Origin: a candidate division FCPU426 bacterium
GTDB lineage: Bacteria > Oederibacteriota > PGYV01 > Palsa-1178
NCBI GenBank assembly: GCA_963840035.1
Contig: CAWIXE010000003.1
Location: 96,001-160,000, forward strand
Direction of reading: 5' to 3'
Length of the DNA: 64,000 nucleotides
In this document: positions 10,422-19,834 of the stretch, one piece after another
How positions within the stretch are numbered: position 1 is the stretch's first letter
Layout: each line of letters opens with the position of its first letter
The notes under the pieces: model-generated
What the model saw: only the letters and a program-made list of their open reading frames with translations
The model's database searches: none
What the model was told of the DNA's origin: nothing
Made by a program: the position numbers and the translations under genes

Positions 10422-11177
10422 ATGAAACAACCAATAATATCCGTAACTGGCATTGTAAAAACCTACAGATCCGGCTTTATAAACCCGCGTATTACCAACG
10501 CCCTTCGCGGCATTGACCTTGACATACACGAGGGCGAGCTTTTTGGCGTGCTTGGGCCTAATGGCGCGGGCAAGTCAACGCTTTTAAACGTCATCATGGG
10601 GCTTATAACTCCTGATTCCGGATGCGTCATGATATCCGGCAATAAGACCTGCGGCATGTTTTCGCATGAGATACGCAACACCATGAACATGAGCTCGGGC
10701 AATCCTAATTATCCATGGGCATTGACCGTAAGGGAAGCGCTGAACTTTTACGGCATGTTGTATGGTTTGTGGGGCAAGAAACTAGATCATAAAGTGGATT
10801 ACCTGATAGACCTCATGGAACTTCAAAAATACGCCAATGTGCGTTTTGACGAATTATCCACGGGCACAAAGCAGCGCACGTCGATTGCCAAATCGCTATT
10901 AAATGAGCCGAAGATTCTGCTGCTTGACGAACCCACTTCAGGCATGGACCCGAACATATCGGTAAAAATAAGAAAAGTAATAAAACAGCTCCATAAGAAG
11001 ATGAAAATAACCATAATGCTCACCACGCATATCATGCGCGAAGCGGAGGAACTCTGCGGCAGGATAGCTTTCATAAAAGACGGGCAGATAGCGGCGCTGG
11101 GCACAAAGGAAAAAATAAAAAAAATGACATCGTCAAAAAACATGGAGGAGGCGTTCATTGAACTCGCAGCTGATTAG
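10422..11177 (+). CDS. ABC transporter ATP-binding protein
   Basis: GPNGAGKST, LSTGTKQR, LLLDEPT, TTH. Confidence 0.95.
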   Translation: MKQPIISVTGIVKTYRSGFINPRITNALRGIDLDIHEGELFGVLGPNGAGKSTLLNVIMGLITPDSGCVMISGNKTCGMFSHEIRNTMNMSSGNPNYPWALTVREALNFYGMLYGLWGKKLDHKVDYLIDLMELQKYANVRFDELSTGTKQRTSIAKSLLNEPKILLLDEPTSGMDPNISVKIRKVIKQLHKKMKITIMLTTHIMREAEELCGRIAFIKDGQIAALGTKEKIKKMTSSKNMEEAFIELAAD

Positions 11178-11940
11178 AATATACGCCTTTGCCTACAGGA
11201 ATTACATATTTGCCATAAGAAATTTTTTTACATTCGCGGAGATGTTGTTCTGGCCCATTATAGGCATACTTTCAATCGGGTTAATGGGCGGGTTCCTTTC
11301 GCTCAAAGGCGACATGATGTCATTTCTTTTGACAGGGGCCATCATGGCGGGCGTCTTTCAGACATCGCAACTTGACGTGGCATACGGCTTTCTCTATGAC
11401 GTGTGGTCCAAAAGCGTAAAGCAGACATTCATAGCGCCGGTTAAGAACATTGATTACATAATAGGCTCGTGGATCATCGGAACCGCAAGGGGAATCATCA
11501 CATTCTTCATGTTAGCCGCGCTTGCCATGCTCTTCTTTAAATTTACCCTGCCCGGAGCGGTTGTGCTTTGGATTTCGCTTTCAGGAGTATACCTTACAGC
11601 CATGATATCAGGGATGATGGTAATATTTTTCATATTCATGTTCGGCCAGAGGATAGACATCATAGCGTGGATGATATCGGCGTTAATGATGCTGCTGTGC
11701 GGCATCTACTACCCGGTAACATACCTGCCCGCGGTCTTCGCAAAAGTGGCGCAGTTCATCCCGCTGACATACTTCCTGGAATACTTCAGGACAGGCTACA
11801 ACTTCCCCCTGAACTTCACGCACCCGCTGCTTAAAGGCTACGGCCTTTCCGCAATATACATTGGCATTTTACTCTGGCTTATTGAGCTGGCGTTTTTAAG
11901 GGCGAAGAAGACCGGGATGCTGATACGACTAAGTGAGTAG
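11158..11940 (+). CDS. ABC-2 type transporter permease
   Basis: About 6 TM helices, GIYYPVTYLP, IPLTY; overlaps the ATPase gene. Confidence 0.88.
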   Translation: MNSQLIRIYAFAYRNYIFAIRNFFTFAEMLFWPIIGILSIGLMGGFLSLKGDMMSFLLTGAIMAGVFQTSQLDVAYGFLYDVWSKSVKQTFIAPVKNIDYIIGSWIIGTARGIITFFMLAALAMLFFKFTLPGAVVLWISLSGVYLTAMISGMMVIFFIFMFGQRIDIIAWMISALMMLLCGIYYPVTYLPAVFAKVAQFIPLTYFLEYFRTGYNFPLNFTHPLLKGYGLSAIYIGILLWLIELAFLRAKKTGMLIRLSE

Positions 11941-12048
11941 TGGGTGGTGAGTGGTGGGTAGCAGACAGTAGCGAACGTTGGTAGCCGCAGCCTTTAGGCT
12001 GCGATAGGCGGGATTTGCCCCTGTAGGGGCGGACCTATGTGTCCGCCC
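11934..12048. repeat. Repeat cluster: unpaired heptamer array plus two different GTAG REP-like hairpins
   Basis: tgagtag tgggtgg tgagtgg tgggtag; tggtagccgcagcctttaggctgcg; tgtaggggcggacctatgtgtccgccc. Confidence 0.78.
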
Positions 12049-12116
12049 GCAAGGCGGTGTTTTTGGTGTTGATGTTTGACCAAAGAGCGTGTAATATGTT
12101 AGGGTAATTAAGGCAA

Positions 12117-12193
12117 GGGCGCGTAACTCATTTGGTTAGAGTGCCAACCTCACACGTTGGAAGTAGTTGGTTCAAATCCAATCGCGCCCACCA
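12117..12193 (+). tRNA. tRNA-Val (anticodon CAC)
   Basis: Acceptor gggcgcg/cgcgccc, anticodon arm ccaac-ctCACac-gttgg, T-loop ggttcaaatcc, encoded CCA. Confidence 0.95.
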
Positions 12194-12215
12194 GGACTAA
12201 TAGAAAAAGCTAAAC

Positions 12216-12283
12216 AAGTTTTAAGTTTGAAGTTTTAAGATAATGCAATTACGGTTCAATCTTAAAACTTAAAACATCAAACT
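12216..12283. repeat. Inverted heptamer array (AAGTTTT family)
   Basis: aagtttt aagtttg aagtttt aagat / atctt aaaactt aaaacat caaact. Confidence 0.88.
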
Positions 12284-12315
12284 GTTTTTCATCTGATTTA
12301 AGGAGGTTTATTACC

Positions 12316-12426
12316 ATGGCAGACAATTGCGGATGCGGATGTTCCTGCGGCGGATCTATGAAGAAAGAAGCGGCGCCTAAGAAAAAAGTTGCGGCAAAGA
12401 AGAAAACCGTAAAGAAGAAGAAATAA
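12316..12426 (+). CDS. 36-aa protein, Cys-rich N-terminus and Lys/Ala-rich C-terminus (not in ORF track)
   Basis: aggagg at 12301; MADNCGCGCSCGGSMKKEAAPKKKVAAKKKTVKKKK*. Confidence 0.75.
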   Translation: MADNCGCGCSCGGSMKKEAAPKKKVAAKKKTVKKKK

Positions 12427-12436
12427 TATATAAAAC

Positions 12437-12537
12437 AGTTCGGAGGGTGGAGTTCGGGGTTCGGAGTTGGGATTAAACAGAACCCGGAACCGGAACGTTT
12501 TTATCCAACTTCGAACTCCGAACCCCGAACTCCGAAC
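12437..12537. repeat. Inverted heptamer array (AGTTCGG family)
   Basis: agttcgg agggtgg agttcgg ggttcgg agttgg / ccaact tcgaact ccgaacc ccgaact ccgaac. Confidence 0.9.
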
Positions 12538-12554
12538 GCTCTAAAGGAGTATTA

Positions 12555-14702
12555 ATGTTTGATGAAAAACCGTCTAAACCAGCTGCCATAGATTCCTCCA
12601 AACTCTTTAACATACGGGTTTGGGAGGGGATACAGTATAAGTTCGCAAAGGACTTAGGCATCGCGCTTAAGGTCATAAGTGAGGACGGCAAGATAAACAC
12701 CGAAGAATCCAATTTCAGCCCTTTCTTTAAACTCCTGATGTCCACCGAAGCCGGCCGCAAGATTTGCGAGATAAAGGCCGAGAACATCGACAGGGAAGCG
12801 CGGTTTGTCACGCTTTACGCGGACTGCACTTACTACTGCGCCACCACTTACTTCTACGGCAAGAAATTCAATATCCTCGTGGGCACAAAGGAAAGACCGC
12901 AGAATGAGGAACTTGTAAAGAAGCTCGCTGTGGACGCGGGCGTGGATTTTAATGAACTGCTCGCAGCTTATAAGGAAGTGCCTGAGTTTTCCGAAGAACG
13001 CCTTGTTAACGTAGCCGACCTCATAGTTGACCTTTTCAATATCGTCATCGAATTATCCGTCCAGGAATACATAACCCACATGGCTAATAAGGAAAAAGAA
13101 GAGGAAATAGCCAAGATGAGCGCCCTGATGGAAGCTTCCATTATCATTAATTCCACCAGGAACTTAGACCAGCTCTTAAAACTCATTATGCAGTCTGCCG
13201 AGAAGGTTATGCAGGCTGAAGCGTCATCGGTGTTCTTAATTGACAATGAGCGCAACGAGCTCTTTTTTGAAATAGCCACGGGCCCCAAGGAAGAGGAAGT
13301 ACAGAAGATAAGGCTGAAGATGGGCGAGGGCATCGCCGGATGGGTGGCTTATACAGGCGAGTCGCTGCTTGTGCCTGACGTGTCAAAGGACCCGCGTTTC
13401 GCGCGGCGCGTGGATGAGCAGACTCAGTTCATTACCCGCTCGGTTATCTGCGTTCCTTTAAAGGTGCGCAACCAGACCATCGGTGTGGTGCAGGTATTAA
13501 ATAAGATAGGCGGCGGAAATTTCTCAAAGACCGAGATAAAGTTCCTCGAGGCTTTAGCCTCACAGGCCGCCATCGCCATAGAGAACGCGAACTTATACGA
13601 GCATTTGGAAGAGCGCGCGGAGCAGTTAAATAAGGATTTAAAGAAAGTTAATGTAAACCTCTCGATTGAAAAACTAAGGATAGAATCCATCGTCCAGTCC
13701 ATGGAAGACGCTGTTATCGCCGTTGATTCAAACAAAAAGATGGTTATGATAAACAGGGTTGCCGAGCGCTTATTTGAGCTGGACTGGGACAGGGCCATGG
13801 AAAAACCCCTCGGGGACACCATGAAAAGCGGGGATATCATAAATAATTTCACTATGGTATTGAATGACAAGAAAATAACAAAGACAGAAGTAAAGCTGAT
13901 GATAGGCAATAAGGAGCATATCTTCGCGGCTGTCTTCGCGCCAATTATAGATGAAAAGGATAATACCGCCGGGTCAGTCGCGGTTTTCAGGGACATAACA
14001 GAGATAAAGGAACTCGACAAGATGAAGTCGGAGTTCTTGAACATGGTCTCGCACGAGTTAAGGACCCCGCTTACGCCCATACAGGCATACAGCGAGCTCA
14101 TGATGGTCAGGGACGTGGACTCGCAGAAGGTAAAGAAGTACGCGGATATCATAAACAAGGAAACCCAGAGGCTTGGCGCGCTCATAGGCGATCTGCTTGA
14201 CTTATCCAGGATTGACGCGGGCAAAGGCTTAAGCCTTACCCTTGAACCCATTGATTTTAACGAGCTTTTACATACGGTTTATGAGACATTTAAGAGCGCT
14301 TCGGTAAAGCACAAAATTATTTTGACACTGCCCGAGAAAAGTGAGATAATACTCGTTGACAGGAACAAAATGATACAGGTTCTCACGAACCTGCTGTCAA
14401 ATGCCCTGAAATACTCCCCTGAGGGTGGGGAAATTACCATAAGAGTCTGGGACGATGATAAGACATTGTATTTCAGCGTCAAGGACCAGGGGTTGGGAAT
14501 TGCCGGGGAAGACCTGGACAAGATATTCGACAAGTTCTACAGGGTGGAAAGCGAAAAGGTAAAAAAGATCGGCGGAACCGGAATAGGCCTTCCGATCGTC
14601 AAATACATACTTGAACTGCATAACGGCGGGGTTACGGTAAAAAGCGAGATAAACAAGGGAAGCGAATTCATATGCTACATACCAAAGGTAAAACAAAAGT
14701 AA
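12555..14702 (+). CDS. Soluble sensor histidine kinase (PocR-like, GAF, PAS, HisKA, HATPase)
   Basis: GEGIAGWVA..NK GAF; SHELRTPLT; NLLSNALKYS; DQGLG; GGTGIGL; PocR call is tentative. Confidence 0.9.
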   Translation: MFDEKPSKPAAIDSSKLFNIRVWEGIQYKFAKDLGIALKVISEDGKINTEESNFSPFFKLLMSTEAGRKICEIKAENIDREARFVTLYADCTYYCATTYFYGKKFNILVGTKERPQNEELVKKLAVDAGVDFNELLAAYKEVPEFSEERLVNVADLIVDLFNIVIELSVQEYITHMANKEKEEEIAKMSALMEASIIINSTRNLDQLLKLIMQSAEKVMQAEASSVFLIDNERNELFFEIATGPKEEEVQKIRLKMGEGIAGWVAYTGESLLVPDVSKDPRFARRVDEQTQFITRSVICVPLKVRNQTIGVVQVLNKIGGGNFSKTEIKFLEALASQAAIAIENANLYEHLEERAEQLNKDLKKVNVNLSIEKLRIESIVQSMEDAVIAVDSNKKMVMINRVAERLFELDWDRAMEKPLGDTMKSGDIINNFTMVLNDKKITKTEVKLMIGNKEHIFAAVFAPIIDEKDNTAGSVAVFRDITEIKELDKMKSEFLNMVSHELRTPLTPIQAYSELMMVRDVDSQKVKKYADIINKETQRLGALIGDLLDLSRIDAGKGLSLTLEPIDFNELLHTVYETFKSASVKHKIILTLPEKSEIILVDRNKMIQVLTNLLSNALKYSPEGGEITIRVWDDDKTLYFSVKDQGLGIAGEDLDKIFDKFYRVESEKVKKIGGTGIGLPIVKYILELHNGGVTVKSEINKGSEFICYIPKVKQK

Positions 14703-14717
14703 AAGGAGGCAAGAGAA

Positions 14718-15131
14718 ATGAGTGACCTGAAAAAGAAAATAGTGGTAGCTGACGACGAACCGTTCATACTCTCGGCATTGCAGGATACATTATCCGATTC
14801 TTACAGCGTAACCACGGCTTCAAACGGCGCCGAGGCCATTAAGGTTGTTCAGAAAGTGATGCCTGACCTCATCATTTTAGACGTCATGATGCCTGAAATG
14901 GACGGCTTAGAGGCGTGCAAAAACTTAAAAAGGGATAAAGTTACATCATCCATACCGGTAATTCTTTTAACGGCCAAGGGACAGATTACCGACATCGAAA
15001 AAGGGTTTAAGTCCGGCGCTGACGCGTATGTGGTAAAGCCCTTCTCACCGGCAAGGCTCATAGAAAAAGTAGAGGAAATATTCGAAAAAGTAGAGATGAG
15101 AAAAAAGATAATGGAAGACAAAAAGAAATAA
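14718..15131 (+). CDS. Single-domain response regulator
   Basis: VADDE, LDVMMPEMDG, LTAK, KPF. Confidence 0.95.
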   Translation: MSDLKKKIVVADDEPFILSALQDTLSDSYSVTTASNGAEAIKVVQKVMPDLIILDVMMPEMDGLEACKNLKRDKVTSSIPVILLTAKGQITDIEKGFKSGADAYVVKPFSPARLIEKVEEIFEKVEMRKKIMEDKKK

Positions 15132-15234
15132 AAGCCTCAGAAATCCCTCTCTTATCTCCCTTTCTGAAACAAAGGGAGACGATCGCTGGAGACACGATTA
15201 GCGTGGGAGACGGAAGGGAATTCGAAAGATATGT

Positions 15235-15264
15235 AAAACCCCGTGAAAATCGGGGTTTTATTTT
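15235..15264 (+). terminator. Rho-independent terminator
   Basis: aaaaccccg-tgaaaat-cggggtttt followed by T-rich tail. Confidence 0.8.
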
Positions 15265-15319
15265 ATGTTAGTAAGTGAAATATATCACAAGCAAGGGTAA
15301 ATTATTCAAAAATTTAATA

Positions 15320-15350
15320 TTGACATTTAAGTCATAGTTTGTTATATATT
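15320..15350 (+). promoter_or_regulatory. Sigma70-type promoter of the serine operon
   Basis: TTGACA, 17 bp, TATATA with TG upstream. Confidence 0.6.
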
Positions 15351-15399
15351 ATAGCAAGATAGTTCAAAATTTCACAATCTATTGAGGAGGTATTGGAAA

Positions 15400-16554
15400 A
15401 TGAGGAAAAAATACATCATGGCACCAGGCCCGACAGAAGTACCGGCAGATGTTTTAGTCGAAGCAGCAAAACCCGTAATGCACCACAGGACGCCGCAGTT
15501 CAGGAAGATCCTAACTGAAGTCCTGGACGGCATGAAGTACGTTCTCGGCACAACAAGGAATGTTTACCTTATGGCCTCTTCAGGAACAGGCGCCATGGAA
15601 ACAGCGATGGCAAACCTCGTTAACGCGGGCGATAAGATAATAGTAGGAACCATCGGCGCTTTCGGCGACAGGTGGGAAAACCTCGGAAAAGCATACGGCG
15701 CTACCATGGTAAAGATAGCCCCTGAGTGGGGATATGCCATAAAGCCGGAAGAGATCAAAAAGGCGCTCGACGCGAACCCGGACGCTACCGCGGTTTTTGT
15801 CCAGCTTAATGAAACATCAACGGGAGTATACAATGATATAGAAGCAATCGGTAAGATCGTAGCCGCCTCCAAAGCAGTCCTCGTGGTTGACGGCATATCC
15901 GGCATAGGAGCCCAGCCTTTCTACATGGACAAGTGGCTGGTCGACTGCATAGTGGTAGGATCGCAGAAAGGCTTAATGATACCGCCGGGGCTCGCTTACG
16001 TTGCCTGCAGCGAAAAAGCCTGGAAACTTGTGGAAACAAACAAGACACCTAAATTTTACTTTGACCTGAAAAGGTATGAGAAGGCCCTTACAAAGGAAAA
16101 AATGCCGGATACCCCGTGGACATCCGCCGTTTCCCTTATAATGCAGCAGGCTGTTGCGCTGCGCATGATAAAGGAAGAGACCAACGAGAAGATCTGGGAA
16201 CGCCACGCAATCCTTTCAAAATCAGTGCGCGAAGGCATTAAGGCGCTCGGCCTTGAGCTCTTCGCGAAAGAAAACCCGGCGGTAGTGCTGACATCGGTTG
16301 TCGCGCCGCAGGGCATAGACACAAAGGTCCTTATGAAAAAAATACGCGACGAGTACGGCATATCCATGGCAGGCGGACAGGGCAAGATGGAAGGCCTGAT
16401 ATTCAGGATAGGCACACTCGGGTATACGGACAGGTTTGACGCTGTGATGGGAATGGCCGCGACCGAAATGGCATTGAAAGACATGGGCGCGAACATCGAG
16501 ATAGGAAAAGGCGTAAAGAGGACGATGGAAGTACTGATGGCGGAGTATAAATAA
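15400..16554 (+). CDS. Class V PLP aminotransferase (serine-pyruvate/alanine-glyoxylate type, probable SerC substitute)
   Basis: MAPGPT, HHRTPQF, SSGTGAME, NETSTG, GSQKGLMIPPG; directly upstream of serA. Confidence 0.9.
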   Translation: MRKKYIMAPGPTEVPADVLVEAAKPVMHHRTPQFRKILTEVLDGMKYVLGTTRNVYLMASSGTGAMETAMANLVNAGDKIIVGTIGAFGDRWENLGKAYGATMVKIAPEWGYAIKPEEIKKALDANPDATAVFVQLNETSTGVYNDIEAIGKIVAASKAVLVVDGISGIGAQPFYMDKWLVDCIVVGSQKGLMIPPGLAYVACSEKAWKLVETNKTPKFYFDLKRYEKALTKEKMPDTPWTSAVSLIMQQAVALRMIKEETNEKIWERHAILSKSVREGIKALGLELFAKENPAVVLTSVVAPQGIDTKVLMKKIRDEYGISMAGGQGKMEGLIFRIGTLGYTDRFDAVMGMAATEMALKDMGANIEIGKGVKRTMEVLMAEYK

Positions 16555-16582
16555 AAATCATGACCAATAGGGGAGGTATTAC

Positions 16583-18172
16583 ATGTACAAGATCCTTGTA
16601 AGCGACAAGCTCTCGGAAGACGCGATAAATATGATAAAGAACGAGAAGGATGTGGAGTGCACTGTGAAGACCGGCATGACAGAGGACCAGCTCGCGGAGG
16701 AGCTGCCGAACTATGACGCTCTCATCATAAGGAGCGCTTCCAAAGTGACGGCAAAGACCCTTGAGAAGGTAAAAAAGCTTAAAGTAATCGGCCGCGCGGG
16801 CGTTGGCGTTGATAACGTCGACATGCCGGCTGCCACGGCCAAGGGCGTTATCGTAATGAATACGCCTGACGCTAACACGCTCTCCACGGCAGAGCAGACC
16901 ATCACCCTTATCATGGGTATGGCAAGGAACCTGCCGCAGGCTGACGCTTCGCTTAAGGCAAAGAAATGGGAGCGCAATAAATTTACAGGCATAGAGCTTT
17001 ACGGCAAAACCCTGGGAGTAATAGGTTTGGGCAGGATAGGCGCGGAAGTATCCAAAAGGATGTCATCTTTCGGGATGAAGATTATCGGATATGACCCGTT
17101 TATAACAAAAGAAAAAGCGCAGGAGCTCGGCATAGAGACCATGTCTGTCGCAGAGGTAATTAAAAAGGCGGATATCATCACGTTCCACGTGCCCAAGAAC
17201 AAGGAAACCACGGGAATGATAGGAACAAAGGAAATAGCCACCATGAAAGACGGCGTAATGATAGTTAACTGCGCCAGGGGCGGCATTGTAGTGGAAAAAG
17301 ACCTGGCAGAAGCCTTAAAATCAGGCAAGGTTAAAAGGGCCGCGCTCGACGTATATGACAACGAACCGCCGTTTGACTCGGACCTTTTCACTGTGGACCC
17401 GTCGGTTATCATCATGGCCCCGCATCTGGGAGCCTCGACAATTGAAGCGCAGGAAAATGTCGGCAAGGTTATTGTGGAGCAGGTTATAGAGACCCTGCGC
17501 GGCGGCATGGTAAAGAACGCCCTGAACATACCGGCTGTGGACCCTGAAGTATTAAAGGAAATGCAGCCGTTCTTAAACTTAAACGACAAACTCGGCAAGT
17601 TCGCGGCCCAGCTTGTGGACGGCAACGTAAAATCAATCACCATAGAGTACAGCGGCGAGATAGCAAAGTACAACATGAAGTACATGACCATAGGCGCGGT
17701 AAAAGGGTTCCTTTCGCCGGCAATGGGCGACAGCGTGAACTTCGTTAACGCCATGCCCCTTGCCAAGGAGCGCGGCATAGCGGTAGTGGAAAAGACGAAC
17801 TCAGTGACCACTGACTACCCGAACCTGGTAAGCGTCACCGTAGAAACGGACAAGGACAAACGCAGCGTATACGGAAGCTTAACCATAAAGAAGGAAGCCA
17901 GGATAGTACAGGTTGACAAGTTTGAAGTGGAAATCGCGCCGGAGAAGAACATCATAGTTTACAAGAACAACGACAAGCCGGGCGTAATAGGCAGGATGGG
18001 AACAGTCCTGGGCTCAAACAACATCAACATAGCCTCCTTTGCCCTCGGCAGAAACAAAGAGGAAAAAGTGGCGCTCGGAGTAGTCACGGTCGACAACGAA
18101 GTGCCCAAGACAGTCATAGACTCGATAAAGAACATGGAAGACATCATAGAGGTAAAGTATATTACCCTCTAG
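16583..18172 (+). CDS. serA: D-3-phosphoglycerate dehydrogenase with ASB and ACT domains
   Basis: GRAGVGVDN, GLGRIG, NCARGG, PHLGAST, DKPGVIG. Confidence 0.96.
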   Translation: MYKILVSDKLSEDAINMIKNEKDVECTVKTGMTEDQLAEELPNYDALIIRSASKVTAKTLEKVKKLKVIGRAGVGVDNVDMPAATAKGVIVMNTPDANTLSTAEQTITLIMGMARNLPQADASLKAKKWERNKFTGIELYGKTLGVIGLGRIGAEVSKRMSSFGMKIIGYDPFITKEKAQELGIETMSVAEVIKKADIITFHVPKNKETTGMIGTKEIATMKDGVMIVNCARGGIVVEKDLAEALKSGKVKRAALDVYDNEPPFDSDLFTVDPSVIIMAPHLGASTIEAQENVGKVIVEQVIETLRGGMVKNALNIPAVDPEVLKEMQPFLNLNDKLGKFAAQLVDGNVKSITIEYSGEIAKYNMKYMTIGAVKGFLSPAMGDSVNFVNAMPLAKERGIAVVEKTNSVTTDYPNLVSVTVETDKDKRSVYGSLTIKKEARIVQVDKFEVEIAPEKNIIVYKNNDKPGVIGRMGTVLGSNNINIASFALGRNKEEKVALGVVTVDNEVPKTVIDSIKNMEDIIEVKYITL

Positions 18173-18198
18173 AGACAAGAGATAAGAGACAAAAGACA
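18171..18198. repeat. Unpaired heptamer array (AGAGACA family)
   Basis: agagaca agagata agagaca aaagaca, overlapping the serA stop. Confidence 0.8.
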
Positions 18199-18200
18199 GG

Positions 18201-18230
18201 AGGCGGGCAAAAATGCCCGCCTTTTTGTTT
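18201..18230 (+). terminator. Rho-independent terminator
   Basis: aggcgggca-aaaa-tgcccgcct then tttt. Confidence 0.85.
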
Positions 18231-18256
18231 GTGTGGTTTGGCAATTGACGGATCTT

Positions 18257-18295
18257 CCCCCCTCTCCCTCTATGGGAGAGGGATGGGGTGAGGGT
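18257..18295. repeat. CCCTCTCCC/GGGGTGAGGG palindromic element (single arm)
   Basis: ccctctccctctatgggagagggatggggtgaggg; relative at 63198. Confidence 0.72.
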
Positions 18296-18452
18296 GCCGC
18301 AGCGGCACAAACTACTGCATTACCTCCAGTCATGTATGCCCGCCCGCACCGTGCCTGTTTAATATGTATTTAATTAACCCTACCTAATGTTAAACTTGAT
18401 TTTGGCAGTAGGGATGATAAGATGAATATATAAAGGATTGAAAGGGGAAATT

Positions 18453-19574
18453 ATGAAAACAATATTTTCTATCGTATTTTTCTTACTGTTTTTCTCAATT
18501 ACTGTCAATTCACTAGATATTGACACTATTTTTTCTGATGGAATAGCAGCCTTTAATGAGGGGAACTATAACAAAGCATTAGAATGTTTTGATGAAGTGG
18601 TTAAAATGGATCCGAAGAATCCTAGGGCATACGTATATCGTGGAATGGCAAAATGTGAATATGATCCCAAAACAGCAATTAAAGACCTTGACAAGGCTAT
18701 AACAATGAATCCATCAATATCAAAAGCATACTATGTACGGGCAAAAGCAAAATATCGATTGAGCGACATGGAAGGCGCTTTGATAGATTTAAATAAGGCA
18801 ATAGAACTTGATCCGGAAGATGCATCTCCTTATGTCGGCAGGGGTATTATCGAAGACAACTCTGGAAATTCAAAAGATGCACTTGCAGATTTTGAAAAAG
18901 CACTGAGTATTAATCCTGATAACGGAATGGCACATTTTAATATTGGAAATATTAAGGCGACTGCAGGAGACTACACTGCAGCAATTAAAAGTTTTAATGA
19001 GGCGATTAGGTTAGGCCCCCCTGAAGCTGACAAGTATATAAATCACGGGCGAGCAATGCAATCATTAGGCGATATTCAGGCGGCAATTTTTGATTTTAAT
19101 AAAGCAATTGAAATTAATTCGCAATCTAAGGAAGCATATATCTATCTTGGGAAAGCTTTAATGATATTTGGAAATAGCAGCAAGGCGTTGGAATGTGCTA
19201 ATAAAGTCATAAAACTAGATCCAAGCAGTGCTGAGGGCTATTGCATGAGAGCATACATTGAGAATTTAATGTTAAATGGTAATGCCGCGATTAGGGATTG
19301 TAATAAAGCTGTGGATAACGATCCAAAATATTTTGCTAGTTACAACCAAAGAGCCATAGCATTAGTTAGTTTGGGGAGGTATAAAGACGCTATACCTGAT
19401 TACAATAAAATGCTTGAATTTTATTTAGATGATAAAGTTAAGGCGACAATACTCAATAAACGCGGAATTGCCAAAAGGCACTACGGAGACATAGCGGGTT
19501 CGGAAGAAGATATTGTTGAGGCAAGATCTTTAGGTTATGATGGGACAGATACGGACCTATATGTGTGGTTTTAA
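18453..19574 (+). CDS. Exported tetratricopeptide repeat protein
   Basis: Signal-like N-terminus; repeated A..D..KAI.L.P TPR units; visibly AT-rich. Confidence 0.9.
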   Translation: MKTIFSIVFFLLFFSITVNSLDIDTIFSDGIAAFNEGNYNKALECFDEVVKMDPKNPRAYVYRGMAKCEYDPKTAIKDLDKAITMNPSISKAYYVRAKAKYRLSDMEGALIDLNKAIELDPEDASPYVGRGIIEDNSGNSKDALADFEKALSINPDNGMAHFNIGNIKATAGDYTAAIKSFNEAIRLGPPEADKYINHGRAMQSLGDIQAAIFDFNKAIEINSQSKEAYIYLGKALMIFGNSSKALECANKVIKLDPSSAEGYCMRAYIENLMLNGNAAIRDCNKAVDNDPKYFASYNQRAIALVSLGRYKDAIPDYNKMLEFYLDDKVKATILNKRGIAKRHYGDIAGSEEDIVEARSLGYDGTDTDLYVWF

Positions 19575-19834
19575 AAAGGTTTTTTATATTTCCAAAATAT
19601 ATATAATAATTGAAATTGATAATACGAAAACGTTACATTAAAACTATTACTTTTACATGATAGTTTATACTACAAATTATAGGCAGCTACATAAACAGTT
19701 CAATTTTTACCATCGGGACATCTCATTTACCCTTGCCAAAACAGAAGTTTTGCTATATCATTATTAGGCATCTGAGACCTTTTTCAGCAATCTCAAATCT
19801 CAAATGCAAATATACTACGAAACGAGGTACATTT

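Noticed and set aside
12117..12300. tRNA-Val as prophage or island attachment site
   Set aside because: No integrase and no duplicated tRNA 3' end seen in the window.
15141..15179. tctccctt/aagggaga hairpin as a riboswitch or serine leader
   Set aside because: Resembles the CCCTCT repeat family, lies upstream of a terminator and the promoter, and shows no recognisable aptamer or T-box.
16999..17811. Long antisense ORFs (also 1410-2054, 13424-14251, 44124-44753, 53335-54114, 62479-63168)
   Set aside because: Shadows of well-supported genes on the opposite strand, with no motifs.
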